The translations under genes and the position numbers were made by a program. Shown here in pieces: positions 26,521 through 37,140 of a DNA stretch of 64,000 bases. The notes beneath the pieces were generated by a model. The model ran no database searches and was not told the DNA's origin. It saw only the letters and a program-made list of their open reading frames with translations. The DNA comes from Candidatus Nealsonbacteria bacterium (GTDB lineage Bacteria; Patescibacteriota; Minisyncoccia; Minisyncoccales; MHMH01): contig JACPGX010000005.1 of the NCBI GenBank assembly GCA_016188865.1, positions 114,081 through 178,080 on the forward strand, read 5' to 3'. The first letter of the stretch is position 1; each line of letters opens with the position of its first letter.

Positions 26521-27687
26521 TTAAGTTACAATCTTATCCAAAAGGTCGTGTTTGATGGCTCTGCGGATTTCGAAAGCGATTCTTCGACCAGTGGACATTC
26601 TTTCGCCCCACAAGGAGTTTAAATACGGATGTCCGGAAAAGGTGGTTATATTGTCGCCGCCCGGAATTCTGAAAGCCACGTCATAACAAGTTGGCTTCAT
26701 GTCATCTTCAATGATGCATTGAAGGCCGAAAGGCCCAATCATGCCCGGCGGATAAAGCTCTTTCATGGTTTTGACGAATTTTTCGCCCATTTCATAAAGA
26801 TATCTTAAAAGCGATTCTCGCACCGTCATTGCAGCATGCCCCACAACGATATAGGTTTCCGGGGTTTTTTCCAACAGGGCTAATTGTTGATGAGCCGGCA
26901 ATCTTACCATGCCGTCCAGATTGGATTCAAATCGCCATTCGGTTGACATTAATTCGAGAGGCTCGCCTTCCCAAATTTCTCTAGAGATAGGCGAATAAAA
27001 GAAATTAACATTGCAGACAGGCCCTATGGCGAATCTTTCGATTCTTATTTCTTCCCGCCAATTATTTTTGGAAATGATATTTTTGGCTATTCTTTTATCT
27101 AGCTCCTCATGGAATTTTTCCGTGGTGGGAGCCATAAAAAATCCTCTTTCCAGCCTGTGGACTGCGTGAGGTATTTTAACCATGGCCGGGCCTAATCTAT
27201 CAATATCTTCGGGAGAATTGTATTTTTCAGGGGCTCGAATTCCTGCTTTCATCAAGACATCATAATAATTGAATGATTCTTTTTCCCTGTCTTCCAAATG
27301 CAATGCTTGTCTTGAGCCGAAAATCGGCACTCGGAATTTTTCTTGGATTTCTTTTTCTCCGCAGTAAACCCAGAAAGAACGGTTGGGAATCCAGACGACC
27401 GACTCATCGCATAGGAAGGTCTGGCATGTTAAAATATCTTTAAAATTATCTAGGACAATTGGCCGGTCTACGACGCCACGGATTCTTTTTCCGCCGTCAA
27501 AAATAGATCGAAAATATCTGGAATAGGGATACTCTCTGCCTTTTTCGCAAAATACTATCGTATGAAACCTTTCGCTGATTGCCCCTTCGCAAACATCTAA
27601 AGCCGAATGGCTGCCAAGACATCCGATGGCAATTTTTTTCTTATTATAGTTTTTCAGCGTTTCCTGTATTTCTTTTTGAGTGATCAT
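26521..27687 (-). CDS. purP: PurP-like ATP-grasp protein (archaeal-type AICAR formyl ligase family)
   Basis: GSHSALDVCEGA, RGFF, RFESNLDG, RESLL, GPFGLQ, RIPGG, MSTGRRIA. Confidence 0.85.
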   Translation of the reverse strand: MITQKEIQETLKNYNKKKIAIGCLGSHSALDVCEGAISERFHTIVFCEKGREYPYSRYFRSIFDGGKRIRGVVDRPIVLDNFKDILTCQTFLCDESVVWIPNRSFWVYCGEKEIQEKFRVPIFGSRQALHLEDREKESFNYYDVLMKAGIRAPEKYNSPEDIDRLGPAMVKIPHAVHRLERGFFMAPTTEKFHEELDKRIAKNIISKNNWREEIRIERFAIGPVCNVNFFYSPISREIWEGEPLELMSTEWRFESNLDGMVRLPAHQQLALLEKTPETYIVVGHAAMTVRESLLRYLYEMGEKFVKTMKELYPPGMIGPFGLQCIIEDDMKPTCYDVAFRIPGGDNITTFSGHPYLNSLWGERMSTGRRIAFEIRRAIKHDLLDKIVT

Positions 27688-27762
27688 TTTCCTCCTTTTC
27701 AATTTGTCAAAGTCCTGGTGTCATAGTAAGATGATATTGGTTTTTTGACAAGGAGGTGTAAA

Positions 27763-28986
27763 ATGCCGGTTACAGTAGTTCTAGGAGCACAATGGGGAGA
27801 CGAGGGCAAAGGAAAGATAACCGATTTTTTAGCCAAAAAAGCCGATGTTTGCGTTAGATTCAGCGGCGGCGATAATGCCGGACACACGGTAATAAACAAG
27901 CGGGGCGAGTTTAAGCTTCATTTGATACCTTGCGGAATCTTCAATCCGGAAACCTTGTGTATTATCGGAAACGGAGTAGCGGTCAATCCTAATGTTTTGA
28001 TTGGGGAAATGGCTGCCTTGGAGCAGAGAGGCGTTAGCTGTAAAAATTTGAGAATAAGCAGTAAGGCTCATTTAATTATGCCATGGCATTTGGCCCTTGA
28101 CGGCCTGCAGGAAGAAGAAAGAGGCGAAGGAAAAATCGGCACAACCAAGCGCGGCATAGGCCCGGTATTTTCAGATAAAATAGGCAGATTCGGATTGAGG
28201 GTAGAAGATCTTTTTGCGGAAAACATGGAGCAAAAATTAAGAAAACTTCGAGAGCGGTCAGCCACTTTGCTTTTGATGGTTTATGGCTACAAGAGCTATG
28301 ATTTAATGTACGATGTTATTTTGAAAAACCTGCTAGACTTTAAAAATCGCATTTCTCCGTTTGTCACCGAAACCGAACCGGTTCTTTGGGAAGCTTGCGA
28401 TCAAAAGAAAAGAATTTTAATGGAAGGGGCTCAGGGGATTATGCTTGATCCTGATTTTGGAACTTACCCCGAAACCACTTCTTCGCCATGCACCTTAGCT
28501 AGCGCTTTGCAGGGTTCCGGAATTTCCTGGATGGAGATTAAGGAAGTAATCGGCGTGGTTAAGGCTTATACGACAAGGGTTTGCGAAAAAAATATCCCCT
28601 TTAAAACTGAAATGCCAAGCGCAATAGCCGATCCCTTCAGGGAGCACACCAAAGAGTATGGCGCAACTACCAACAGGCCGAGAAGAATCGGCTGGCTGGA
28701 TGCTTCCTATTTAAGATACGCTGCGAGAATAAATGGTTTTACCGGTTTGGCGGTTACTCGGATGGACAGCTTGGGCACATTTCACTTTTCTGGAGGAAAA
28801 GTGAAAATTTGGGACGGCAATAAATATCTTGAGATGCCGGGCAAGTGGGGCAGAGATATTAAACACCTCAATGCCATACTGTTTTTGCAAGCTGTTGAAA
28901 AACTGGCAGGGGTTAGGGTCAAATACATTTCTTACGGGCCGGAAAGAGAACAGGTGGCGATTGTAAAAAACAGATTTTTATTTTAA
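27763..28986 (+). CDS. purA: Adenylosuccinate synthetase
   Basis: QWGDEGKGK, NAGHT, GTTKRGIGP, EGAQG, GATTNRPRR. Confidence 0.93.
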   Translation: MPVTVVLGAQWGDEGKGKITDFLAKKADVCVRFSGGDNAGHTVINKRGEFKLHLIPCGIFNPETLCIIGNGVAVNPNVLIGEMAALEQRGVSCKNLRISSKAHLIMPWHLALDGLQEEERGEGKIGTTKRGIGPVFSDKIGRFGLRVEDLFAENMEQKLRKLRERSATLLLMVYGYKSYDLMYDVILKNLLDFKNRISPFVTETEPVLWEACDQKKRILMEGAQGIMLDPDFGTYPETTSSPCTLASALQGSGISWMEIKEVIGVVKAYTTRVCEKNIPFKTEMPSAIADPFREHTKEYGATTNRPRRIGWLDASYLRYAARINGFTGLAVTRMDSLGTFHFSGGKVKIWDGNKYLEMPGKWGRDIKHLNAILFLQAVEKLAGVRVKYISYGPEREQVAIVKNRFLF

Positions 28987-29021
28987 AATAAAAGCGCCCG
29001 CCAATGGCGAGGTAAATCCTC

Positions 29022-30650
29022 ATGAGGGCGCTTTTCAATTCTCAAGCAAAAACAATCGGCGGAGCAACCGCCGTATTGATAGTTTTCTCTGTAATCAGCG
29101 GCTTCTTCGGTTTGCTGTCGGATCGGCTTTTGGCTGCCCGGTTTGGAGCTGGCATCGAAGCCAGTATTTATTTCGCAGCCTTTAAAATACCCGACGTAGT
29201 TTATAATATTTTGATTTTAGGAGGCATTTTGGTTGCATTTTTGCCGATTTTTGCCGAGTACTTTGCCAAAAGTCAGGAAGGGGCTTGGCAAATGGCAAAC
29301 CATGTTTTAAGCGTCTTTTTCTTTTTATTGGCGATTTCAGCTATAATCCTCTTTATCTTAAGCCCGTGGCTGGTAAAATTAATGGCGCCCGGTTTTACTG
29401 AAAGCGCCCAATCAATGCTCTTAATTTTAGTCAGAATTTTATTAGTGCAGCCGATTATTTTAGGGATATCCAATATTTTTTCCGGAGTTTTGCATTATTT
29501 TTCAAGATTCTTGGCTTATTCTTTAGCTCCCATTTTATATAATTTTGGAATTATTTTTGGCATTTTATTTTTAACTCCTCGCTTCGGAATTTACGGAGTC
29601 GGCATCGGCGTTATTTTGGGAGCTTTTTTGCATTTGTTAATTCAAATTATAGCGGCTGTAAACTGCGGTTTCAAATTTCATTTTTCGTTTGATTTAGAAT
29701 ATCTGGCAATCAAAAGAATCTTTATTCTAATGATTCCCCGGATTTTTGGCATAGCGGCAAATCAGATTAATCTGATTGTTATAACAGCCATTGCTTCAAC
29801 CATAGCTTCCAGCTCCATAGCTGTTTTTAATTTTGCTAACAATCTTCAAGGAATGCTTACCGGCGTTTTGGGAATATCTTTAGCTACAGCCGCTTTCCCT
29901 GCTTTTTCCAAGCTTTGGGTAAACGGTCAAAAAAAAGAGTTTAGCGATAAGCTGTCTATAATTTTGCGCCAGATTTTTTTCCTGGTGATACCCGCCAGTA
30001 TTTTATTATTTCTTTTAAGGGCTCAACTGGTCAGAATTGTTTTGGGCACGGGAAATTTTGGCTGGCAGGAAACAAGATTGACTGCAGCTTCTCTTGGATT
30101 GTTTGCTTTCAGCATTTTTGCTTCAACCCTAGTTCCTCTTTTGACCAGAACATTCTTTTCATTTCAGGATACTAAAACTCCCACTATAGTAAGTTTAATT
30201 TCCGTGTCAGTGAATATCGGCTTCAGCTTTCTTTTTATTTCACTATTTAAGTCGTCTATTTTATTCGCTGATTTTTTTCAAAAAACCTTAAAACTTCAGG
30301 GAATTTCTGATATAGCTGTTGTTGCTCTTCCTTTGGCTTTTTCCATTTCCGCCATATTGCAATTCGTTTTATTATCGATATTTTTGTACAAAAAAATCGG
30401 TGGTTTTAAAATTAAGAAAGTTATATATTCTTTAAAAAATATCTTAATCGCCAGTACTTTAATGGCAGTTGCCGTTTATTTCGTGTTGCGTTTTTCAGCC
30501 AATTTTGTAAATATGTCTACTTTTGGCGGAGTTTTTCTCCAGGCAGTCCTCGCCGTTTTATCCGGCGCCTTCGTTTATATTTTTACAGCCTATTATCTTA
30601 GCTTCCCCGAACTTAAAACTATTTTATCATTGCGGTCTTTACGGAAATAA
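29022..30650 (+). CDS. murJ: Lipid II flippase MurJ
   Basis: Multi-TM; YFAAFKIPD, AFLPIF, FFSFQDTKTP. Confidence 0.92.
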   Translation: MRALFNSQAKTIGGATAVLIVFSVISGFFGLLSDRLLAARFGAGIEASIYFAAFKIPDVVYNILILGGILVAFLPIFAEYFAKSQEGAWQMANHVLSVFFFLLAISAIILFILSPWLVKLMAPGFTESAQSMLLILVRILLVQPIILGISNIFSGVLHYFSRFLAYSLAPILYNFGIIFGILFLTPRFGIYGVGIGVILGAFLHLLIQIIAAVNCGFKFHFSFDLEYLAIKRIFILMIPRIFGIAANQINLIVITAIASTIASSSIAVFNFANNLQGMLTGVLGISLATAAFPAFSKLWVNGQKKEFSDKLSIILRQIFFLVIPASILLFLLRAQLVRIVLGTGNFGWQETRLTAASLGLFAFSIFASTLVPLLTRTFFSFQDTKTPTIVSLISVSVNIGFSFLFISLFKSSILFADFFQKTLKLQGISDIAVVALPLAFSISAILQFVLLSIFLYKKIGGFKIKKVIYSLKNILIASTLMAVAVYFVLRFSANFVNMSTFGGVFLQAVLAVLSGAFVYIFTAYYLSFPELKTILSLRSLRK

Positions 30651-30706
30651 ATTATTTTGCTATATCTTGTTAACTGCTCTTTGAATAATTGAGGAGGGAC
30701 CGTTGA

Positions 30707-31315
30707 ATGAATGGGTTGCGGCGGCCGCTGGTTGAGGGAGAAAATTACATTTTTACTGTAAACAAAAAGAAAATTTGCATTAATTACTGCAAAATAAAAG
30801 ACTTAACCGGTCTTTTAGTGCCCATATTTGATTTTCATTCTTTTGATTTGCATGGCGTAGCGTATAAGCCGGAAAAGAGCGACGAGGTAGCTTGGGTGGC
30901 CCTAAATTTTAAAAGTCTTGCCGGGTCAAAGGCAAATCATATTATTCAAAAAAGAGTTGTGGCTGTTTTAGCTCATGAAATAAGGCATTTATTCCAAACT
31001 AAATCAAAAAATCGGTTTGCCGGATTTTTAAAAAGATGGCAGGCAACAATGTACCGTTATTATTTGCCCGCCATTGCCATATCTATAGTTATTTTGTTTC
31101 TGGTTGCTATTTTCCGCTTGCCGGATCCTTGGTTGTTAATGGCGAACCTAATCCCATTTTTTCTTTTTATTTTATGGGTGATATTATCGGTGGCAAATGC
31201 GCTATTTTATTATTTCTTTAGTGAAGACGAAAAAGATGCCAGGAAATTTGAAAAAGAGGCCTTAAAAGACTCAAGGTGGCTTAATGCAGTTAAGATTGAA
31301 GATATCCCAAACTAA
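30707..31315 (+). CDS. Hypothetical membrane protein with HExxH motif
   Basis: VLAHEIRH, two TM helices, EKDARKFE. Confidence 0.65.
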   Translation: MNGLRRPLVEGENYIFTVNKKKICINYCKIKDLTGLLVPIFDFHSFDLHGVAYKPEKSDEVAWVALNFKSLAGSKANHIIQKRVVAVLAHEIRHLFQTKSKNRFAGFLKRWQATMYRYYLPAIAISIVILFLVAIFRLPDPWLLMANLIPFFLFILWVILSVANALFYYFFSEDEKDARKFEKEALKDSRWLNAVKIEDIPN

Positions 31316-31379
31316 AAATAAAGAACGCTCCAAAAGAGCGCTTTTCTTTTTGATTCAATTTTGATATAGTAAAAATAAT

Positions 31380-31937
31380 ATGGAATATAAAGAAATTATT
31401 GATAAAGTTAAGCCGGAGATGGATAGGGTCGCGGCGTTTTTGGATGGAGAATTGGCAAAGATCAGGACCGGCAGGGCCAATCCTTCTTTGGTTGAAGACG
31501 TGGTCTGCGATTGTTTTGGGCAGAAGTTTCCCTTAAAGCAGTTAGCTGCTATTTCCATACCCGAACCCAAACAAATTTTGATTCAGCCGTGGGATAAGTC
31601 TTACGTTGAAGGGATTGTTTCTGCTTTGCAAAAAACTGGCACTGGAGCCAATCCGATAGTTGACAGGGATGCCATTAGAATAAATTTGCCTCCCATGACT
31701 GAAGAATACAGAAAGGATTTGTCCCGCCTTATTTCCGAAAAACAAGAGCAGTCTCGCCAGTCAATTAGGCGTTGGCGAGAGCAGGCTTGGGAAGAAATTC
31801 AGGAGCAGACCAAAGCTAGTAAGATCAGGGAAGACGATAAATTTAAGGCGAAAGAAGAGTTGCAGGGAATAGTTGACGAGTACAATAAAAAAATCGATGA
31901 TTTGGGAGAAAAAAAGAAAAAAGAAATTTCAGAATAA
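31380..31937 (+). CDS. frr: Ribosome recycling factor
   Basis: IRTGRANP, IQPWD, PPMTEEYRK. Confidence 0.97.
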   Translation: MEYKEIIDKVKPEMDRVAAFLDGELAKIRTGRANPSLVEDVVCDCFGQKFPLKQLAAISIPEPKQILIQPWDKSYVEGIVSALQKTGTGANPIVDRDAIRINLPPMTEEYRKDLSRLISEKQEQSRQSIRRWREQAWEEIQEQTKASKIREDDKFKAKEELQGIVDEYNKKIDDLGEKKKKEISE

Positions 31938-31947
31938 CATTACGCTC

Positions 31948-32081
31948 GTAGCAGGGTTTCTAAAGTACCGGTTGTTCTCGGCTCCAGCGAGCCGAGTCAA
32001 CCTGCATTCTCGCCTCGCCATCCCGCTTCGCGGGAACCATGCTGGCGAGGTTGCGAAAGCTACTTTATGAAACCCAGCTAC
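31948..32081. repeat. Branched inverted-repeat element (MITE-like or structured RNA)
   Basis: Outer IR GTAGCAGGGTTTCTAAAGTA / TACTTTATGAAACCCAGCTAC enclosing several GC-rich hairpins. Confidence 0.6.
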
Positions 32082-32092
32082 TTCGCTTATTT

Positions 32093-33160
32093 ATGATTCT
32101 TACTATTTTAATCGCTTTTATCAGTCTTATCGGCTTAATGGTTATTCATGAATTGGGCCATTTTGTTTTAGCTAAAAAATTTGGCACTGAAGTCGAAGAA
32201 TTCGGCGTAGGATATCCTCCGAGAATTTTTGGGAAAAAAATAGGTGAAACGATTTATTCCCTGAATCTCATTCCCTTCGGAGCTTTTGTCAAAGTGAAAG
32301 GCGAAATGGGCGGGATAGAGGATTATCACAGTTTTTCGAGCAAGCCGATGTGGCAGAGATTTTCCATTGTTTTGGGCGGGGTAGTTTCTTTTTGGGTAGT
32401 TTCATTCATTATTTTAAGCGTAGTGGCTGGAGTTTGGGGGCTTCCGACAGAAGTTAAAGATACCGATAAGTCAGTGGCCAGCCCGAAAGTTTATATAGCC
32501 GCCATATCGTCCGATTCGCCGGCTAAAGAAGCTGATTTAAGGCTGGGAGACATTGTACTGGGTTTTAGCAAAATTAAAGAAGTCCAGGAATTCATTGATT
32601 TAAATAGAGGCAAAGAACTTATTTTTACAGTTAAAAGAGGCAGTGAGGTTGTGGAAAAAAAAATGATTCCAAGAGTGCTGCCGCCCGAAGGCCAAGGCCC
32701 CTTGGGAGTGGGATTGGCTAGAAGCGGATTGAAAATATATCCCTGGTATCAAGCTCCTTTGCAAGGGGCAGTTGCCACGGGCAGTCTGACGGCGAATATT
32801 TTTTCTGGCTGGCAACTGGGATTAAAAAGCCTTTTGGGCATAACTGAACTTCCCGAAGGGTTAAAGATGGAATTAATGGGCCCCTTGGGCATATTTGATT
32901 TGCTAAGGCAGCATTTTGAAATGGGAGTAAATTATTTCCTTTTTTTGATTGCTGTAATTTCTATAGCTTTGGCCCTGGCAAATATCTTGCCCATACCAGC
33001 CCTGGACGGCGGGAAATTGGTATTTTTAAGCATTGAAGCGATAAGGGGAAAACCAATTAACCATAAATTAGAGCAAAGAATTTCTTCAACTTTTTTCGCT
33101 CTGCTGATTATTTTAATGATTTTCGTTACTATTAAATTCGATATTCCAAGAGTATTTTAA
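32093..33160 (+). CDS. rseP: Site-2 protease RseP (M50, PDZ)
   Basis: HELGH, EEFGVG, SPA, NILPIPALDGG. Confidence 0.93.
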   Translation: MILTILIAFISLIGLMVIHELGHFVLAKKFGTEVEEFGVGYPPRIFGKKIGETIYSLNLIPFGAFVKVKGEMGGIEDYHSFSSKPMWQRFSIVLGGVVSFWVVSFIILSVVAGVWGLPTEVKDTDKSVASPKVYIAAISSDSPAKEADLRLGDIVLGFSKIKEVQEFIDLNRGKELIFTVKRGSEVVEKKMIPRVLPPEGQGPLGVGLARSGLKIYPWYQAPLQGAVATGSLTANIFSGWQLGLKSLLGITELPEGLKMELMGPLGIFDLLRQHFEMGVNYFLFLIAVISIALALANILPIPALDGGKLVFLSIEAIRGKPINHKLEQRISSTFFALLIILMIFVTIKFDIPRVF

Positions 33161-33164
33161 AATT

Positions 33165-34427
33165 ATGAAACAATCGGAATTATTTACTAAAGTTTTAAGG
33201 GAAACGCCTAGGGAAGCGACCTTTGTCAGCCATCAATTACTATTGAGGGGAGGTTTTATTTATCGCTTTGCTTCCGGCATGTATGCTCTTTTGCCCCTGG
33301 GTTTTCTAGTTTTCAAAAAAATTGAAAATATTATCAGGGAAGAATTCAATAAAGCCGGAATTCAGGAATTATTGATGTCTCTTTTGCATCCGGCTGAACT
33401 CTGGAAAAAAACTGGAAGATTTGAAACTGCTGGCAAGGAATTATGGAAAATAAAAAGCCGAACTGGCGAAGAGATGGTTTTGGCAATGACTCACGAAGAA
33501 ACCATAGCTGCCATAGCCGCAGATACCGTAAGGTCGGAGTCGGAACTGCCTTTCATTGTTAATCAGTTTCAAACTAAGGTTAGAGACGAGGAAAGGCCAA
33601 GAGGAGGATTATTGCGCCTTAGAGAATTTATTATGCAAGACGCTTATTCTTTTGATAAAGATGAAGAGGGATTGAGTAGAAGTTTTCAGAAAATGATCGG
33701 AATTTATCAAAAAATATTCAAAAACATAGGCTTGCCGGCAATTCCAGTCAAAGCTTCGGCCGGCCTTATGGGCGGCGAAGACTCTTATGAATTTATGGTA
33801 TTGGCGGATAGCGGAGAAGACGAAGTCGTGATTTGCCGGAAATGCGGATTTGCGGCTAACACAGAGATCGCAAAGGACAAAAAAGAATGCCCTCAATGCG
33901 GAGGAGAGATGGTGATTAAGAATTCAATTGAGGTTGCTCACGCTTTTAAATTAGGCACCAAATACAGCAAGGCAATGAATATTTTTTGGAATGACAAAAA
34001 AGGTGAAAAACATTTGGTTCAAATGGGCTGTTACGGCATAGGATTGGAGAGGGCAATGGCTACCATTATTGAGATTTCTCATGACGATCATGGAATAATT
34101 TGGCCGCTCAAAGTCGGTCCTTTTAGGGTTCATTTGCTGGCCTTAGGAAGCAGCAAGAAAGCAGTGTGGAAAAAAATAAAGAAAATTAGCGAGAAATTAT
34201 ACCAAGATTTGAAAAAATCCGGAACAGATGTATTATATGACGATAGGGAAGGCAGGTCTGCGGGCGAGAAATTCGCCGAAGCCGACCTTATCGGAATTCC
34301 GATTAGAGTTGTGGTCAGCGAAAGAACTTTGGAGAAAAACTCTGTGGAAATAAAAAAACGCAAAGAAGATAAAGTAAAATTATGTTTAATAAAATTCTTT
34401 CCTTCTTATCTCAAGACATTGCTATAG
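33165..34427 (+). CDS. proS: Proline--tRNA ligase
   Basis: THEE, RDEERPRGGLLRLREF, MGCYGIG, DLIGIP. Confidence 0.96.
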   Translation: MKQSELFTKVLRETPREATFVSHQLLLRGGFIYRFASGMYALLPLGFLVFKKIENIIREEFNKAGIQELLMSLLHPAELWKKTGRFETAGKELWKIKSRTGEEMVLAMTHEETIAAIAADTVRSESELPFIVNQFQTKVRDEERPRGGLLRLREFIMQDAYSFDKDEEGLSRSFQKMIGIYQKIFKNIGLPAIPVKASAGLMGGEDSYEFMVLADSGEDEVVICRKCGFAANTEIAKDKKECPQCGGEMVIKNSIEVAHAFKLGTKYSKAMNIFWNDKKGEKHLVQMGCYGIGLERAMATIIEISHDDHGIIWPLKVGPFRVHLLALGSSKKAVWKKIKKISEKLYQDLKKSGTDVLYDDREGRSAGEKFAEADLIGIPIRVVVSERTLEKNSVEIKKRKEDKVKLCLIKFFPSYLKTLL

Positions 34428-35434
34428 ACTTGGGCACTGCCACTACCTTGGTTTACGCCCGAGGCCGGGGAATTATTATTTTTGAGCCGTCAGTAGTGGC
34501 GGTAAACCAGAAAACTGGCCAGATTTTAGCTATTGGCCAGGAAGCCAAAAAGATGGTGGGCCGCACGCCAGCTCATATTGTTGCTACCCGTCCTTTGGTT
34601 AAAGGAGTAATTTCTGATTTTGAGGTGACAGAGCAAATGCTGAGATATTTTGTAGAGAAAGTCCAAAAAAGAAAGATGCTGCTCGCTTCGCGGCCGAGAG
34701 TTATTATCGGCGTGCCTTGCGAGGTCACTGAAGTTGAGAAGAAATCTGTCAGAGATGCTGCCTTATCAGCCGGCGCAAGGGAGGTTTATTTAATCGAACA
34801 GCCAATGGCAGCAGCCATAGGCGCCAGACTTCCGGTACAAGAAGCCGGAGGAAATTTAATAGTGGACATTGGCGGAGGCACTGCCCAAGTCGTAGTTATT
34901 TCTTTGGGAGGAATAGTTTTGGCTAAAAGCTTGCGGATTGCCGGAGATAAATTAAATGAAGACATAATTCATTTTGCTCAAGAAGAATATAAGCTTCTTA
35001 TTGGCGAGCGGACTGCTGAAGAAATAAAAATTGGCATAGGTTCGGCCTCTCCCATGAAAGAACGCAAACATATGGCAATGAGGGGGAGAAATTTAGTGAC
35101 CGGTCTTCCCGAAGAAATTTTAGTTTCAGATGAAGACATTAGAAGGGCCCTAGAAAAATCAGTGGGCCAAATTGTAAATACAATTAAAAGCGCAGTCGAA
35201 GAAACTCCGCCCGAGCTTCTTGCCGACGTGATGCGCCGAGGCATTTATCTTACTGGTGGTGGCAGTCTTTTGCACGGCTTAGACTCGCTTGTTGCCAAAG
35301 AAACAAAAATTCATACTCAAATCATAGAAGATCCAGTGACAGCCGTAGCTAGGGGAGCCGGCTTAGTTTTAGAAAATTTAGATGAGTTGAGAGAAGTCCT
35401 TTCGAAAACAGAGGACCTAGAACCACCCAGATGA
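34382..35434 (+). CDS. mreB: Rod shape-determining protein MreB
   Basis: IAIDLGTA, EPSVVA, VDIGGGT, LTGGG. Confidence 0.96.
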   Translation: MFNKILSFLSQDIAIDLGTATTLVYARGRGIIIFEPSVVAVNQKTGQILAIGQEAKKMVGRTPAHIVATRPLVKGVISDFEVTEQMLRYFVEKVQKRKMLLASRPRVIIGVPCEVTEVEKKSVRDAALSAGAREVYLIEQPMAAAIGARLPVQEAGGNLIVDIGGGTAQVVVISLGGIVLAKSLRIAGDKLNEDIIHFAQEEYKLLIGERTAEEIKIGIGSASPMKERKHMAMRGRNLVTGLPEEILVSDEDIRRALEKSVGQIVNTIKSAVEETPPELLADVMRRGIYLTGGGSLLHGLDSLVAKETKIHTQIIEDPVTAVARGAGLVLENLDELREVLSKTEDLEPPR

Positions 35435-35685
35435 TGAATAAAAAAGAAGTGAAACATATTGCTCAATTGGCTAGGCTTGGAATGACGCCGCGTGAAGAAG
35501 AAAGGTTTGCCAAAGAACTTTCTTCTGTTTTGAAATATGTGGGAAAACTCAAGGAGGTTGATGTTTCTAAAACCGAAGCTGTCAGCCATCCCTTTAAAGT
35601 TGAGAATGTAATGAGAGTTGATGAAGCGACAAAAGACAAAAAAAAATTAATTGAGGGATTTTTGCAGGTAAAATCAGTTTTTTAA
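35431..35685 (+). CDS. gatC: Asp/Glu-tRNA amidotransferase subunit C
   Basis: EVKHIAQLARL; directly upstream of gatA. Confidence 0.9.
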   Translation: MMNKKEVKHIAQLARLGMTPREEERFAKELSSVLKYVGKLKEVDVSKTEAVSHPFKVENVMRVDEATKDKKKLIEGFLQVKSVF

Positions 35686-35706
35686 CGATTAAAGATTCGA
35701 TACATC

Positions 35707-37140
35707 ATGAATTTAGCCAGCTTAACTATTACCCAAGCTCACGATGGCTTGGTGAAAAAAGAATTTTCCGCCCTAGAGCTAGCCCGGGCTTTTTTAGATG
35801 AGATAGAAAAATCAGATAAAAGTATATTTGCTTTTTTAACCTTAACTCCAGACTTAGCGCTTTTCCAAGCTAAAAAGATTGATGATTTAATTTCCCAAGG
35901 AAACAGCATACCGCTTTTAGCCGGTATTCCAGCGGCAATAAAAGATAATATATTGGTCGAGAACATGAGATGCACAGCTGCCTCAAAAATTTTGGAAAAT
36001 TATACAGCTCCCTACAGCGCAACCGTCATTAAGAAACTCGAGAAACATGGATCAATAATTTTGGGAAAAACTAACCTTGATGAGTTTGCCATGGGGGCTT
36101 CAACTGAAAATTCAGCATTTGGCCCGACTAAAAATCCCCGCAATTTAAGCAGGGTTCCCGGCGGTTCATCGGGAGGGTCGGCAGCAGCGGTAGCGGGCAA
36201 TCTTGCGGTTTATGCCTTGGGGTCAGATACCGGCGGCTCCATAAGGCAGCCAGCTTCTTTTTGCGGAGTGGTCGGCTTGAAGCCGACCTATGGGGCAGTT
36301 TCCAGATACGGTCTAATTGCCATGGCTTCTTCGTTGGACCAAATAGGGCCGCTCGCTAAGACAGTCGAAGATGCAAGAATAGTTTTCGATGCTATTCGCG
36401 GCAGAGATCATTTTGACTCAACATCAATCGAACCGGAAGTTAAAAATTTAAAATTTAAAATTAAAAATTTAAGGGTTGGCGTGCCGAAGGAATATTTCAT
36501 TAAAGGAATGGAGAAAGGCGTGGAGAAAGCTGTTAAAAATGCTATAAATAAATTAGAGGAAGCCGGAGCTAAAATTGTAGAAGTGAGCTTGCCTCATTGC
36601 ACTGATTACGCTTTAGCGGCTTATTATATCCTTATGTCATCGGAGGTTTCAGCCAATTTAGCCAGATATGACGGCATAAAATACGGATACTCCGAAGCAC
36701 GAAATCCGAAGCACGAAATCCGAAACCTTATAGACGTTTATTTGCAAAGCAGAAAAAATGGATTAGGCCACGAAGTGCGCCGGCGAATAATGTTAGGAAC
36801 TTATGCCTTATCGTCGGGTTATTATGAAGCTTATTATTTACGGGCTCAAAAAGTAAGGGCTAAAATTATTGAAGATTTTGCCAATGCTTTCAAGAAGGCA
36901 GACGTCATTGCTACTCCGGTTGCTCCCACTACAGCTTTTAAGCTCGGCGATAAAACAAAAGACCCATTAAGCATGTATTTAGCGGATATTTTTGTTACGG
37001 CCGTTAATTTAGCAGGGCTCCCCGGACTTTCCCTGCCCTGCGGCAAATCTAGTGATTTGCCTGTTGGACTGCAATTTATCGGCAAACACTTCGAAGATAA
37101 TTTTATTTTAGAATTAGGAGAATTTTTCGAGAAATTGTAA
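35707..37140 (+). CDS. gatA: Asp/Glu-tRNA amidotransferase subunit A
   Basis: GKTNLDEFAMG, GGSSGGSAAAV, GSDTGGSIRQPA, RRIMLG. Confidence 0.97.
   Translation: MNLASLTITQAHDGLVKKEFSALELARAFLDEIEKSDKSIFAFLTLTPDLALFQAKKIDDLISQGNSIPLLAGIPAAIKDNILVENMRCTAASKILENYTAPYSATVIKKLEKHGSIILGKTNLDEFAMGASTENSAFGPTKNPRNLSRVPGGSSGGSAAAVAGNLAVYALGSDTGGSIRQPASFCGVVGLKPTYGAVSRYGLIAMASSLDQIGPLAKTVEDARIVFDAIRGRDHFDSTSIEPEVKNLKFKIKNLRVGVPKEYFIKGMEKGVEKAVKNAINKLEEAGAKIVEVSLPHCTDYALAAYYILMSSEVSANLARYDGIKYGYSEARNPKHEIRNLIDVYLQSRKNGLGHEVRRRIMLGTYALSSGYYEAYYLRAQKVRAKIIEDFANAFKKADVIATPVAPTTAFKLGDKTKDPLSMYLADIFVTAVNLAGLPGLSLPCGKSSDLPVGLQFIGKHFEDNFILELGEFFEKL
36691..36725 (+). repeat. 14-bp (2x7) tandem repeat inside gatA
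   Basis: TCCGAAGCACGAAA x2 + TCCGAAA. Confidence 0.8.

Noticed and set aside
32039-32092. N-terminal extensions of RseP, and likewise of RAYT 2 (41084-41140) and dCMP deaminase (48550-48633)
   Set aside because: These extensions are translated repeat or intergenic DNA; family-like sequence starts at the downstream ATG.
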